In this document: piece by piece, positions 9,025-18,596 of the stretch | Numbering within the stretch: the first letter of the stretch is position 1 | Layout: each line of letters starts with the position of its first letter | Virus record (IMG/VR): IMGVR_UViG_3300017774_004344 | Span: 27,650-91,649 of that record | Origin: a virus | DNA: 64,000 bases | Strand: one strand, 5' to 3' | Notes under the pieces: model-generated | Databases searched by the model: none | Seen by the model: only the letters and a program-made list of their open reading frames with translations | Told to the model about the DNA's origin: nothing | Translations under genes and position numbers: made by a program

Positions 9025-12000
9025 TCAGTGGTTCCTGAGTTCGTCGATAACCATCCCGATTCTCATTGCCACCAAAGAAGCAATTTCTTCTGAATCTTGA
9101 TTAGGTTGTTGATAAATTGTGATCGGGGCGTTAATGGTTGAGTGCCCAAACCCTTCGGAAGTATTTGCAGTGAAGGACGCAACTTTTGCAGAAGGCGGCA
9201 TCATCTTTCGCTCCCAAGCCATAGCTTCATTCTGGTTGGAGAAGAACGCAGGGTTGCCTTGCCCTAAGGCATAGGCTACGTGGACATGGTCCATATGGTT
9301 CGGAATTGTCCAGGGAACTTTAACACCGTTTTTGATGCTGAAGCCGAGAGGGGTATAGTAAAGCTCGGCCATACGTCTACCAGAAGTGGATGCCAACTGT
9401 TGAGCGTAAGCTAGCATCGAACTTGAAGAGCCTCCAACGTCAATTGCTCGCCCGGCATAGTGGTAGGAACCGGGTGCATGCTTCCCGCCTGTTGTCGATG
9501 TTATCACTAATCCCATGTTCTGTGCAAGAGAACTTGCAGCCCCCAAGCCCCCTGACATCATTCCAAGGGCTCCACCCATCATCCCACCAGCAGAAGAAGC
9601 AATCTGTGAAATTTTCTGCCCTAGACTTGCAAACATTGAAAGACTTCGGTTGTGATTGTTATTTATCTGGCCTTGAACTTTAGAGAACATTTCACTATTG
9701 TATTCTTGTGCCTTTGAGAAGGCAGACCCAAGGCGGTTTAGCTGGGACTGAGACTCAACTACTTGACCTGAAACTTTAAACAAACCTTCAGTGAACCGCT
9801 TCCCGTTGTCTGAGTAAATCTGGTTGTTCGTGTTTATCGTGTTCGTGAGCCGACCGAATCCCTCTCTCAGGGTGTCCATGAAAGCACCCATGCCGAGACC
9901 ACCTGCCGCTGGAATGACTGTCTCACTACTGTTTGCGATTACAAGACTAGATCCGGAGGGTTTATTTCTCATTTCTTGAGAAATTGCATCTCCGAGACCA
10001 CCCTTATACCGGACCCCGATAGAGCCTAAAGGGGAGTTCGTTGCAAGCGGAAAGGGTGTTACTTTTCTCTGCTTCGTTCCCCCCGTCCCGTAGTCAGAAG
10101 TTTTTCCACCTTGTCCTGGAGCAGCTGCGATATTTCCCGGAATTTTGCTTTCTATTATACGGCCAATAGCGGTAAATAAATTACCGATTGCACCCACAAT
10201 AATTCCCCCAAACCCCATTACACTCTGCACGACTCCCTTTAGAACTTCACCTATACCCCAAAAAATCTTCTTCACCCCTTGAACTATTCTGTCTTGGTCA
10301 GCAGTGAACATTCCAACCAGAATGTCCCAAATCCCCGTGAAAAAGTTAGTGAGACCCCTCATGATGTTTGCTAATCCTTTCAGGAAGTGCCCAGCAGCAG
10401 CTACAGCCCAGTTGGTGCTTTCTGTTAATCTACCACCAGTGTTCGTTAACCAGTCTGCTAACGCTCTCAAGGGTCTTTCAAAGACAACAAAGGCTGCTAC
10501 CAGTGCAGCAGTTATTGTAGTCACACCTAAAACTGTCGCCAGTAGACCTCCCGCACCAGCCGCAGCACCACCGGCAGCAGCCGCAGTCCCTGCAGAACCC
10601 GCAACAGACCCCGAAACTGCCTTAAAAATTGCATTCGCAATTAATGGAGTGGCAGAGGATATCACGGCACTTATGAGAGGGGGACCGAAGATGGCTCCAA
10701 TGAAGGTTAAAACCAAGGGTCTGATCGGCTCATAAGTTAATACGCTGAAGATAAACTCAAAAAGCTTCCCCACTAAGGTTGATATTCCGTCTCCTATACC
10801 TTTCTTTGCCGCGTCTAGAGCACCAGGCCCCGTGAATGCTGACATGAAACCTTTCATAAACTCACTTTGAGCCTTCCCCATTACACTATTGGGGTTTTTT
10901 ATCATGTTTGCAAGATCCCCCATGATTTGACCTACTGTCTTAAAAATTTCTCCTACTATTCTGCCAAACCCTTCAGCTTGGGTCATTTTCTTAGACGGGT
11001 CTTTTGACCTTATATTAGAGGCTACATTGCTTAGTGTTTCCCCCAAGGGACCGAACACAGTGTTAGTGACTTGTATAGCTGCCAATGCGAAGTCAGTCCA
11101 AACGGGGCCTATAGAATTTAAAGCGTCAGTTAAACTCCTCACCAAGTTAGAAAAAGCATAGCTGAACGCCTTGAAGGGGGTGCTAATTTCGTCTGCTCCG
11201 TCTTTCGTCAGTTGATCTCTTGTGAGTTGAGCTTGTTCAATGTTCGCTCTAAGTTCCTTAGCTCTTTGTGAGTCCGCTGAGACATTTTCCAGTTCCAAGC
11301 GGTACCTATCTATGCGTCCATTTTGTATTTTTATGATTGCATCATTCGCCTTCTTCTGTTCTTCTTTGGTGAATGTAACAGACATGCCTAAAATGCCTAC
11401 CGAAGGGTTAAAAAGTGTATCCTGAAGACCTTGTAAAGAACCTGTTAAACTCTGAGCCATAGCTTTAGTTGACTCACTTGACATTGATTTATTGAAAGCA
11501 TCCATCATGGCTTTCATCCTAACCGCGTCTGTGGCGGTCATCATTTTAGCTGAACGCATATTCCGACCTGCAAAACCTGCTTCTTCAAGATTCTTCATCA
11601 ACATAATGTTGTCAGAGAAGAAGTCAATAGTGGTATCGATTTTTCCTCGGGTGACTAGACCCTCAATACCTGCTGCTACACGGAAACCCGCAGAACCTGT
11701 TCCCTGGGAGAAAAGAGCCGCTTTCTCTAGAAAGGCTCCATAGTTTTTGGCTGAAGCTTCCAATTTTTTCGGGTCGATATCCCTCATTTTGGTTCCCTTA
11801 GCCACCCCTTCTGCAGCCAACATGAGGGGTCCCATCGTATCCAAAGTGTATCTCTGAAGTTCAACAACTTTAGCCGTAGGTGCTGAGGACTGCCGTATCA
11901 TTTCCGACACAACTTGGTCGTACTTTTTATACATTTTCTGAGAGTCTTTGAAAGACCCTTCATAACCCTTGAGCCTAAAGGACCCTTCAATACCCGAAGC

Positions 12001-12603
12001 AGCTTTCACGTCGGCAAGTTCATCCTCCATTGACTCTTTGAAAAGCCTGGCTATTGAACCTGCCCCCTTTTGGGCGGTCCCTAGCACGGTTCTCATGCCC
12101 CTTTCAAATCCACTCGCCATCGCATCCCCGAACTTACCCAGTGCGTCGGCCTTCAAGAGAGTGGTCATTAAGTCATCGGCGTGACGATTAGCTCTTCCTG
12201 CTGATTCTCCTATGCCTTCAACTTCGCTGCGGGTTCTGGCCGCCGCTCTAGCAGCTTCTTCCAACGAGTCCGTCAGACCATCTAATCCCTTGACTCCCTC
12301 CCCAATTTGGGACACAGTGTCTCTAACTTTTCCTGCAGCTGAAGCTGCTTCGTTCAAATTCTTTGTGACTCCGTTCATGGGTTTTGAGATTAACCCTACT
12401 CTGAAGTTCAGATCATCAAAACTTTTACTTAAACTCTTCAGCTCCGAGTTGGCAGACTTAAATCCATCTCGTAAAGAAGTAGCGACGTTATTGTTCTTAA
12501 GGGGGTTGCTTAACTTGGCAATCTCCTTATTTAGGTCTTTTAACTTTTTGGTAATCTGATCGTCAAACTTACCGATCAGTGTAAAAGTTTTATTATCCAC
12601 CAT
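9025..12603 (-). CDS. Tail tape measure protein with C-terminal M15-like zinc peptidase domain
   Basis: 1192 aa, helical and Ala/Gly-rich with hydrophobic segments; C-terminal H..GSYHYAGRAID...HMDHVH. Confidence 0.8.
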   Translation of the reverse strand: MVDNKTFTLIGKFDDQITKKLKDLNKEIAKLSNPLKNNNVATSLRDGFKSANSELKSLSKSFDDLNFRVGLISKPMNGVTKNLNEAASAAGKVRDTVSQIGEGVKGLDGLTDSLEEAARAAARTRSEVEGIGESAGRANRHADDLMTTLLKADALGKFGDAMASGFERGMRTVLGTAQKGAGSIARLFKESMEDELADVKAASGIEGSFRLKGYEGSFKDSQKMYKKYDQVVSEMIRQSSAPTAKVVELQRYTLDTMGPLMLAAEGVAKGTKMRDIDPKKLEASAKNYGAFLEKAALFSQGTGSAGFRVAAGIEGLVTRGKIDTTIDFFSDNIMLMKNLEEAGFAGRNMRSAKMMTATDAVRMKAMMDAFNKSMSSESTKAMAQSLTGSLQGLQDTLFNPSVGILGMSVTFTKEEQKKANDAIIKIQNGRIDRYRLELENVSADSQRAKELRANIEQAQLTRDQLTKDGADEISTPFKAFSYAFSNLVRSLTDALNSIGPVWTDFALAAIQVTNTVFGPLGETLSNVASNIRSKDPSKKMTQAEGFGRIVGEIFKTVGQIMGDLANMIKNPNSVMGKAQSEFMKGFMSAFTGPGALDAAKKGIGDGISTLVGKLFEFIFSVLTYEPIRPLVLTFIGAIFGPPLISAVISSATPLIANAIFKAVSGSVAGSAGTAAAAGGAAAGAGGLLATVLGVTTITAALVAAFVVFERPLRALADWLTNTGGRLTESTNWAVAAAGHFLKGLANIMRGLTNFFTGIWDILVGMFTADQDRIVQGVKKIFWGIGEVLKGVVQSVMGFGGIIVGAIGNLFTAIGRIIESKIPGNIAAAPGQGGKTSDYGTGGTKQRKVTPFPLATNSPLGSIGVRYKGGLGDAISQEMRNKPSGSSLVIANSSETVIPAAGGLGMGAFMDTLREGFGRLTNTINTNNQIYSDNGKRFTEGLFKVSGQVVESQSQLNRLGSAFSKAQEYNSEMFSKVQGQINNNHNRSLSMFASLGQKISQIASSAGGMMGGALGMMSGGLGAASSLAQNMGLVITSTTGGKHAPGSYHYAGRAIDVGGSSSSMLAYAQQLASTSGRRMAELYYTPLGFSIKNGVKVPWTIPNHMDHVHVAYALGQGNPAFFSNQNEAMAWERKMMPPSAKVASFTANTSEGFGHSTINAPITIYQQPNQDSEEIASLVAMRIGMVIDELRNH

Positions 12604-12642
12604 TCGCGTTTCTCGTGCGGTGCTAGCCTTGTATTAATTAGA

Positions 12643-12650
12643 CTTTACCC
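12643..12650 (-). promoter_or_regulatory. GGGTAAAG putative late promoter element (one of about 18 copies)
   Basis: 40 nt upstream of the tape measure ATG; see finding for the other copies. Confidence 0.65.
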
Positions 12651-12659
12651 CGCAAAGGT

Positions 12660-14168
12660 TTAAGGTATCTTTTGTCCCCGGTATTTGGCACTATTAAAGG
12701 TGTAAGCTGCAACATTTTGACCCTCACTGTTCCGTGATATGACAACATTGGTTGCTCCTGAGGGAACTCCCGGTATTTTCGCAGTTGGAGAAACATTCTG
12801 GTTGGCGCTACTTCTCACACTGCTCCCTCTCCCTCTCCCAGTCTCAGTGGTTGAATTCGTGGGTCTAGCCTCCACAACTTTGGCAACAGCACCCAAACTC
12901 GAAGTCGTGCCCGAAACCGTCTTGCTCGCCAGGTCCCTGCCGTCATCAACTTGGTAAGGAGGAACTTGAGAAAAGGAAATGTCAACTTTGGCCCGAGTTG
13001 CCAAACCGGTCAAGTCTCTCATTTCCTCTTTAACCTTCATTTCCTTGATTACGAAACAGCCACCGTCAACATCCCCGTATCTTTTGTTGTTCGCGTAAAT
13101 CCAGTACACGGGTACTTTCACATATCCGTTTTTTGTATCAAGGGAAAAGTTTAAGAGGGTTTCTAAGTCAGAAATTTTTCCTTCGATAGTCTTACCTCTT
13201 GTAAACCCCTCTACCAGGGCATTCGACATGCTCAGCTCTCTCATTCCTCGGCTGCCAGACACTACAGGTGGGTAGTTGGTGCCGAAAATAGGCACCCGGT
13301 CTACTTGAGCTGCAGTCGACCACGAAATTTCTTCGGGAGCACAGATAAAATTCCACACTGAACTTTGAGAAGTGTCCGAAGAGAAAGGTTGCCCGACCAA
13401 GGAATACCCTAGGTTCTGGGGAACTGTAGACAAAGCTTTAAATGCGTCAGGGCTGCCGAAAGGGACGCCACTACTTGAACCTGCCGAGATAGCCTGAAAG
13501 TCTAAGTCAGTAAGGAAAGTTTTGGACGTATTTTGAAAAGTTTTTGAAAACTCCCCGACTGAAAGGGCAGGGGCACCACTAGATGACGGAACACTCTGAC
13601 CGGCTGGTATGGAAGTTGAAACACCACCAGGTCCATTTCCTGAAACTTGGTCTTTGACCTCAGCTTGAGCGCCAGTCGTAGCAGGTTTAATAGAGAAAAC
13701 AACGTCAGGTCCGTTAGTTCCAGAGTTGTAGGCGAATCCCTGATAATCGGCATCAGGTTCATTTCTAGCGCCCGGAAAGAACTTCGTCGGGCTGCTCGTG
13801 GTTGCTGGGAAGATGCTACCTAGCAAGTTCTGAGTCAAATTGTTGGCCGCACCGGTCACGAGGTTTTGGACCAAAGGTCCCGCAGGCCCAAGAGCCTTAG
13901 AGTTTACGACGGAAGAGGTCAGCGCCTGAGAAATGGCCTGCCCACCTGCTGAAATCAACCCTGGAGTTGCAATTGTTCCTAGAAAGTTCGTTAGAGTCTG
14001 GGGGTTCAAGCCCAAAGAATTCGCCCACTGGTTTGATAAGTTGGGACTTAAAGCTACGCTGATTGTCGAGGAAGTCAGGTTGTTGATTAATCCACTGGCT
14101 ACGCCGCTTAAAGAGCCAGACCCCAGGGAAACAAGGGGAATCGGTCCGGAAAAAGCCATTACTTCCAC
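12660..14168 (-). CDS. Tail tube initiator / baseplate-associated protein
   Basis: FICAPEEISWS...G.R.L...L..L...VP...FVIK.M.V.E...G..TRA.VDI.F pattern of contractile-tail tube-initiator folds; next to the tape measure gene. Confidence 0.5.
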   Translation of the reverse strand: MEVMAFSGPIPLVSLGSGSLSGVASGLINNLTSSTISVALSPNLSNQWANSLGLNPQTLTNFLGTIATPGLISAGGQAISQALTSSVVNSKALGPAGPLVQNLVTGAANNLTQNLLGSIFPATTSSPTKFFPGARNEPDADYQGFAYNSGTNGPDVVFSIKPATTGAQAEVKDQVSGNGPGGVSTSIPAGQSVPSSSGAPALSVGEFSKTFQNTSKTFLTDLDFQAISAGSSSGVPFGSPDAFKALSTVPQNLGYSLVGQPFSSDTSQSSVWNFICAPEEISWSTAAQVDRVPIFGTNYPPVVSGSRGMRELSMSNALVEGFTRGKTIEGKISDLETLLNFSLDTKNGYVKVPVYWIYANNKRYGDVDGGCFVIKEMKVKEEMRDLTGLATRAKVDISFSQVPPYQVDDGRDLASKTVSGTTSSLGAVAKVVEARPTNSTTETGRGRGSSVRSSANQNVSPTAKIPGVPSGATNVVISRNSEGQNVAAYTFNSAKYRGQKIP

Positions 14169-14830
14169 CCCTGACTGCGAACACTTTTAACCTTAGTAGA
14201 TTCTTTATTGTCCCTCTTCGCATCCTTCACAATCTGCGGAATTTTTTCAAGAGACGCCTCTTCCATGCGATAAGTGCATATCCAACCTTGCTCGGTTGGA
14301 GCAATCTCAAAGTGGAACCGATGGTTCTCATATTGAAAAGTTCCCGTAAAAGTGCCGTCTTCTACTTGTAAGAAGTCGTTTGAACTTGAGGGGTACTTGC
14401 CTTTTGGGTCGCGAACGCTGTTTACGGTGTCACCAAACACGCTCTCTATCACTCCCTTCAAAACCCTCTCTACTTTTTCTGCAGTGCCTAGGTTGTCTTC
14501 AACAAAGTTCTCAGAGAGATTTTCAAATTCCTCTGGATAATTTAGAAGCTTGTACGGATCTATATTTTCTATAACGTCAACGGCGGGCCAGTGGTCCGGG
14601 TCAACCTTTTGCAATGATTCTAGGGTTTCATCTAACTCTTCTGGACTCAAATCTACTGCACCGTCAAGCTTAGAGAGTGCTGGAACCAGAGAGATATCCC
14701 CGTCAGCAAAGTCATGGTGGAAATTATCAAGATAATGCTGAGGAATAGCTGAAGCATTTCCGCCACACGCTTCAAGAAGAAGGTGAGCCATCGGATTACA
14801 TTGAGCAAAGTAGGCAGAGTCGGACTGCAT
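14159..14830 (-). CDS. Hypothetical acidic protein
   Basis: ORF preceded by GGGTAAAA at 14854-14861. Confidence 0.7.
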   Translation of the reverse strand: MQSDSAYFAQCNPMAHLLLEACGGNASAIPQHYLDNFHHDFADGDISLVPALSKLDGAVDLSPEELDETLESLQKVDPDHWPAVDVIENIDPYKLLNYPEEFENLSENFVEDNLGTAEKVERVLKGVIESVFGDTVNSVRDPKGKYPSSSNDFLQVEDGTFTGTFQYENHRFHFEIAPTEQGWICTYRMEEASLEKIPQIVKDAKRDNKESTKVKSVRSQGWK

Positions 14831-14864
14831 CCGTACGTATTCATTCTGCCTAGTTTTACCCGTT

Positions 14865-15848
14865 TTACAGCCTCACCGGTATGTCAATACCGACTTTAGC
14901 GAATTCTTTGTAAGCTTGATCAAAGTGAGAAGTTTTTACATTAGCAGAGGGGTCATTCAAACACTCTTCAAGTTTGGGGTACCACGGAGCAGTTCTTTCT
15001 ATGGTGTATTCTGTATGAGGTTCACAAAGGTCGAAAAGACACTTCGGGGATCCGGGGGGTAAATTGTCGGACGAATCTCCATGTTTAACTTTCCAGTCGG
15101 CCAAATTCTTCGGGTGGTCAAGGTCGTAACCCATCCTATGTTTAGTATGCTCAATAACCCCTATATTGCCTACTAATCTTTCCTGAATCTTTTCTTTAGG
15201 GAAAGGAACACGGGTGTTTGCGAAATAAACTTTCATGTTTTCATCGACCAATTGAGACCAATCTCGGTCTAAAGTTGAAAGCAAAATCTGCCTCTCTCGT
15301 ACCACAGAACCTGGGGGACTATTGCGAGACAGACGGTATATGGCCCCTGCCACATCATCTGCTTCAAACCCTTCCTGAGAGAACACAGGGTAGTACTTGT
15401 TAACGTACTCCCACCCTATGTTAAAGATGCGCCAAAACGTCTCGGTTTTTTCTCCACGAGTTCCCTTGTAATGGGTTGGAATTTCCGACAGATCTTTTCC
15501 GTCTTTCTCCGCAAAAGCTAGCCAAGCCGACTGCACCTCTGCAGACCGTCTCATGAAAGTGTCGCGCCAATAGTTACCTGTATCCGAAAACCTGCTGTCT
15601 GCAACAACAACAATGCGGTAATCGTACCTAGGCAACATGTCCGGCCCTCTATTAATTTTCAAGGCCCAGCAACCCTTGATCAGCTTATCTTCTACTTCTT
15701 CACTGACAGATCCCTCAACTTTTTCTTCGAACCACTTCTTCACATCGTGCAAGTACACGTGAAAATCTACTACCACCAAAGGAGCAGGGTTGCTATCGAG
15801 TTTGAAGTAAGATTCAAGCTTGGGTCGGATGGGTTGAATTTCACTCAT
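14865..15848 (-). CDS. 5'-3' exonuclease / flap endonuclease (T4 RNase H / PolI N-terminal-like)
   Basis: VVVD, YKGTR, EADD, STLDRDWSQL and GDSSDNLP motifs. Confidence 0.88.
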   Translation of the reverse strand: MSEIQPIRPKLESYFKLDSNPAPLVVVDFHVYLHDVKKWFEEKVEGSVSEEVEDKLIKGCWALKINRGPDMLPRYDYRIVVVADSRFSDTGNYWRDTFMRRSAEVQSAWLAFAEKDGKDLSEIPTHYKGTRGEKTETFWRIFNIGWEYVNKYYPVFSQEGFEADDVAGAIYRLSRNSPPGSVVRERQILLSTLDRDWSQLVDENMKVYFANTRVPFPKEKIQERLVGNIGVIEHTKHRMGYDLDHPKNLADWKVKHGDSSDNLPPGSPKCLFDLCEPHTEYTIERTAPWYPKLEECLNDPSANVKTSHFDQAYKEFAKVGIDIPVRL

Positions 15849-15902
15849 GAAGGGGTTGTAACGGTAACTCCTATATTATTGTGAGTTACCGTCTTTCGTA
15901 AA

Positions 15903-16136
15903 CTACTCGGCTTTTGGCATAGGAAGGTCGATGTAGTAGGCTGGTAAGCCAACTTCTTCCTCTAAGAATCTTGAATCTGGCAGGCTAAGCCATTCTCCGG
16001 ATTTAAACTGCCAAACATCGCAGTCTATGGTGTTGTAACTTCCTGATCTATCTGGAAATGCAACCAGATACTCTCTATCAACGGATGGAGAATCCTCAGC
16101 AATTTTCCAGAATCCCTTTGCAATTTGGTTGTTCAT
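15903..16136 (-). CDS. Hypothetical protein (DUF551-like)
   Basis: W..I....P.....YLV...W...Y..LP.P pattern. Confidence 0.6.
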   Translation of the reverse strand: MNNQIAKGFWKIAEDSPSVDREYLVAFPDRSGSYNTIDCDVWQFKSGEWLSLPDSRFLEEEVGLPAYYIDLPMPKAE

Positions 16137-16993
16137 TATTCAGAGAGTCGATTTTGAAGAAGGGTGATAGTAGTTTTCAAGCCCGCAATCTCGTCTTGAA
16201 GAACTGAAATTTCTCCTTGAAGTTGGGCGATTTGCTCGTCGTACTCTTTGTCTTTGTAAAGAAGACCGCCAGTCTGACTGTCAAACAATGAGCTGTAAAT
16301 AGTGGGGAACTGAGTTGCAAATACGGAACGCACTGCTCTTGCAAGTTCCACGTGCTCCCATTGAGCCACCCCTTGGTCGTCCCTCACATTAATGTAGTGA
16401 ATGAACGATCGAACACTCCCCGTGATGTAGAGGCGAGTGTAAACACCCTCCGGAAGAACGAAACGAGCCAATTCTTTGGCTATACCTTTGTTCAGAAGGT
16501 TGTTGTAGGCAGTGATGGAAGCTTTGTAAGCAAACTCGAATTCTGACCACATGAAGTCTGTGAGACTTGCGTCTTCTGCTACGAAGCTATTCTGCCGGTT
16601 CTTGGTGTCTTGGAGCCTCGCTTCTTCGGGCATATAGAACAGATCTTGGTAGGCGGGAAGATCTTCTGTGTAGTTTTTCATGAAGCCTTGATCTTCATAC
16701 CTTCCAGAAAATTGCTGGAAGCAAAAAGACCGGTGGCGTAAAGCCTGGATAGAGATTGCTAGGGGTGTGACAACTTCGACGGACATGGTGGCCTGCTCAA
16801 AGATGCTCCAATGGCCTTCCTTAGCGCAGTACTTAAGCAGTCCTGAGATCTTAGGGTTGCTCTGATCTTTGCTAGTTACTCTGGCAATGTAAGCAATGTG
16901 CTCTTCTGCGTGAGGTGTAACGGTAACAAGACGAGATTTACTCGATCCTTCAATGAACCAGGGATTATTGTTTTCCACCTCAGTTCTCCACAT
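16136..16993 (-). CDS. thyX: Flavin-dependent thymidylate synthase with C-terminal coiled-coil extension
   Basis: GHWSIFEQ, RHRSFCFQQFSGRY, KELARFVLP, AQWEH. Confidence 0.95.
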   Translation of the reverse strand: MWRTEVENNNPWFIEGSSKSRLVTVTPHAEEHIAYIARVTSKDQSNPKISGLLKYCAKEGHWSIFEQATMSVEVVTPLAISIQALRHRSFCFQQFSGRYEDQGFMKNYTEDLPAYQDLFYMPEEARLQDTKNRQNSFVAEDASLTDFMWSEFEFAYKASITAYNNLLNKGIAKELARFVLPEGVYTRLYITGSVRSFIHYINVRDDQGVAQWEHVELARAVRSVFATQFPTIYSSLFDSQTGGLLYKDKEYDEQIAQLQGEISVLQDEIAGLKTTITLLQNRLSE

Positions 16994-17288
16994 CTGTTAA
17001 GGATAAATTGTACAGACTACCATCTTTCAAAGTGGGGTAACAGTTTTTTCCGAGACTAGGGGAAGCCGTGAAGTGTGCAGGTGTGTCAGGGCGGTCATTG
17101 GCGTGAACAACCTCGAGAGAGTCGCCATGGTCAAGAGGGTACTCCATCACTCGAAGAAAACGCTCAAAGTTCCTGACAATTTGGTTCATGTCCGCTTCTG
17201 AAGAAAATTGCATAGAGACCCTGCTTTCATCTGGGCCATTATTAGGGGGATCGTAGGTGATCGTGATTTTACCGAACATGGTTGTCAA
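16980..17288 (-). CDS. Hypothetical protein
   Basis: Overlaps both neighbours in the operon. Confidence 0.65.
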   Translation of the reverse strand: MTTMFGKITITYDPPNNGPDESRVSMQFSSEADMNQIVRNFERFLRVMEYPLDHGDSLEVVHANDRPDTPAHFTASPSLGKNCYPTLKDGSLYNLSLTDVEN

Positions 17289-17968
17289 AAGTCAAGGGAA
17301 ACTTCTTCAGAATTAAGGGTAGCCAAGTCAATTCCTTTGGCCATCAATTCCATGATACGAATCGTGGAAACGCAGTCAGACAGAGCGTCGTGAGCAGGCA
17401 GCCCTGAGAGGTTTGGAAGTTTTTGCCAACGAATTCCTTGTTTAGAATCGTTCCATTCTCCTTTCCACTCGGAGTATTTATCCATAGCACAAGATGCGCC
17501 GGCAATTTCAGGTTTACCGATTTGGTACTTCCCAAACAGGTGAATTAACAACTTCCAGTCAAAGTCCATATTATAGGAAATAACGTGCTTCCCCTCAAGA
17601 ATGAACGATATTAGTTTCGCTACCTGGGGGAAAATGGGACTATCCGCCACCATCTCGTTGGAAATACCATGAATGTTAACCAGCTCGTCGCTCATTGTCT
17701 GAGCGGGCTTAATCAACATTGAAAATAGGGGTCGTGTGGCTGAGTTCGTGATCGTAAGCTGCACGATTTCCGTTGTCGGATCGTTTCTTAAAATGCCAGT
17801 AGTTTCGCAGTCAATGACTACTGTTTTCGGATCAGATAGGCGTTGCTGAGCCCAATCTGAGGACTTTTGCTTGAGTTCCTTAAACTCTAACTCTGTTGGT
17901 TTCACTGTTTGATTAAAGGGGTAAATGCGGTGCTTCCGCTTCGATTCCATCATAGCCCTCTTGATCAA
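17285..17968 (-). CDS. DEDDh 3'-5' exonuclease (DnaQ-like)
   Basis: IDCETTG, YNMDFD, HDALSD; ends VSLDF; true start may be downstream of 17968. Confidence 0.9.
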   Translation of the reverse strand: MIKRAMMESKRKHRIYPFNQTVKPTELEFKELKQKSSDWAQQRLSDPKTVVIDCETTGILRNDPTTEIVQLTITNSATRPLFSMLIKPAQTMSDELVNIHGISNEMVADSPIFPQVAKLISFILEGKHVISYNMDFDWKLLIHLFGKYQIGKPEIAGASCAMDKYSEWKGEWNDSKQGIRWQKLPNLSGLPAHDALSDCVSTIRIMELMAKGIDLATLNSEEVSLDF

Positions 17969-18155
17969 GGGGTATACCCTCTTCTACCTTGTATTCCCTT
18001 TCTATTCTCTCGTGCCACTCTATGATTTTAGTGAAGGCAACAATCAGGTCCGTCGCATAACCCTTAACCCGTTCGCGGTCACCGGGTCCATCTTGCAAAA
18101 TAAATTCGAAGTAGTTCCTCCCTTCGAAAGTCTGGCTTTTGACTTCAATTTTCAT
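17913..18155 (-). CDS. Hypothetical protein
   Basis: Overlapping operon arrangement. Confidence 0.6.
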   Translation of the reverse strand: MKIEVKSQTFEGRNYFEFILQDGPGDRERVKGYATDLIVAFTKIIEWHERIEREYKVEEGIPLDQEGYDGIEAEAPHLPL

Positions 18156-18519
18156 AACTTTGAGTGAGAGTTATAGGGAGAACTCCGAAATCTTCCAATC
18201 CAAACAGCCCTCTGTCAATTGACTTTCCTCCAATTCTTTTGTATGAGTAGACTTTTCCTATAAAGTGAACCCGCTCGTTCTGATCGGGTATTCTTCCGGC
18301 TTTCTTAAACTGGCGTTTTAGAACCCAAAGATGGTCCACGTAAAGGGACTCACCAAGAGGGAGTGGAGTGACGATCACGTTCACTAGGCAGATAGAGTCT
18401 AGGTCTTTTCTCTTCCCGTGGGGGCGAAACTCCTTCACTCTGCCCGAACATTCTACCTCAGCCCCAAGCAGATATTTTAGGTCTGCGCGTTGTCTGATAA
18501 CTGAGGTTTTTTCTATCAC
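18145..18519 (-). CDS. Hypothetical protein (possible OB-fold)
   Basis: First gene after a putative promoter at 18547-18574. Confidence 0.6.
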   Translation of the reverse strand: MIEKTSVIRQRADLKYLLGAEVECSGRVKEFRPHGKRKDLDSICLVNVIVTPLPLGESLYVDHLWVLKRQFKKAGRIPDQNERVHFIGKVYSYKRIGGKSIDRGLFGLEDFGVLPITLTQSYEN

Positions 18520-18546
18520 ATTTGTGGCGAGGCAAGAGCTGTTTCT

Positions 18547-18574
18547 ATCTTAGTGTCCCAGGGAGGGGGTAAAG
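18547..18574. promoter_or_regulatory. Overlapping divergent promoters: CTTTAC-N16-TAAGAT (minus) and GGGTAAAG (plus)
   Basis: The same bases (18567-18574) form both elements, between divergently transcribed genes. Confidence 0.55.
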
Positions 18575-18596
18575 TTTGTTAGATTAAACCCACTAC

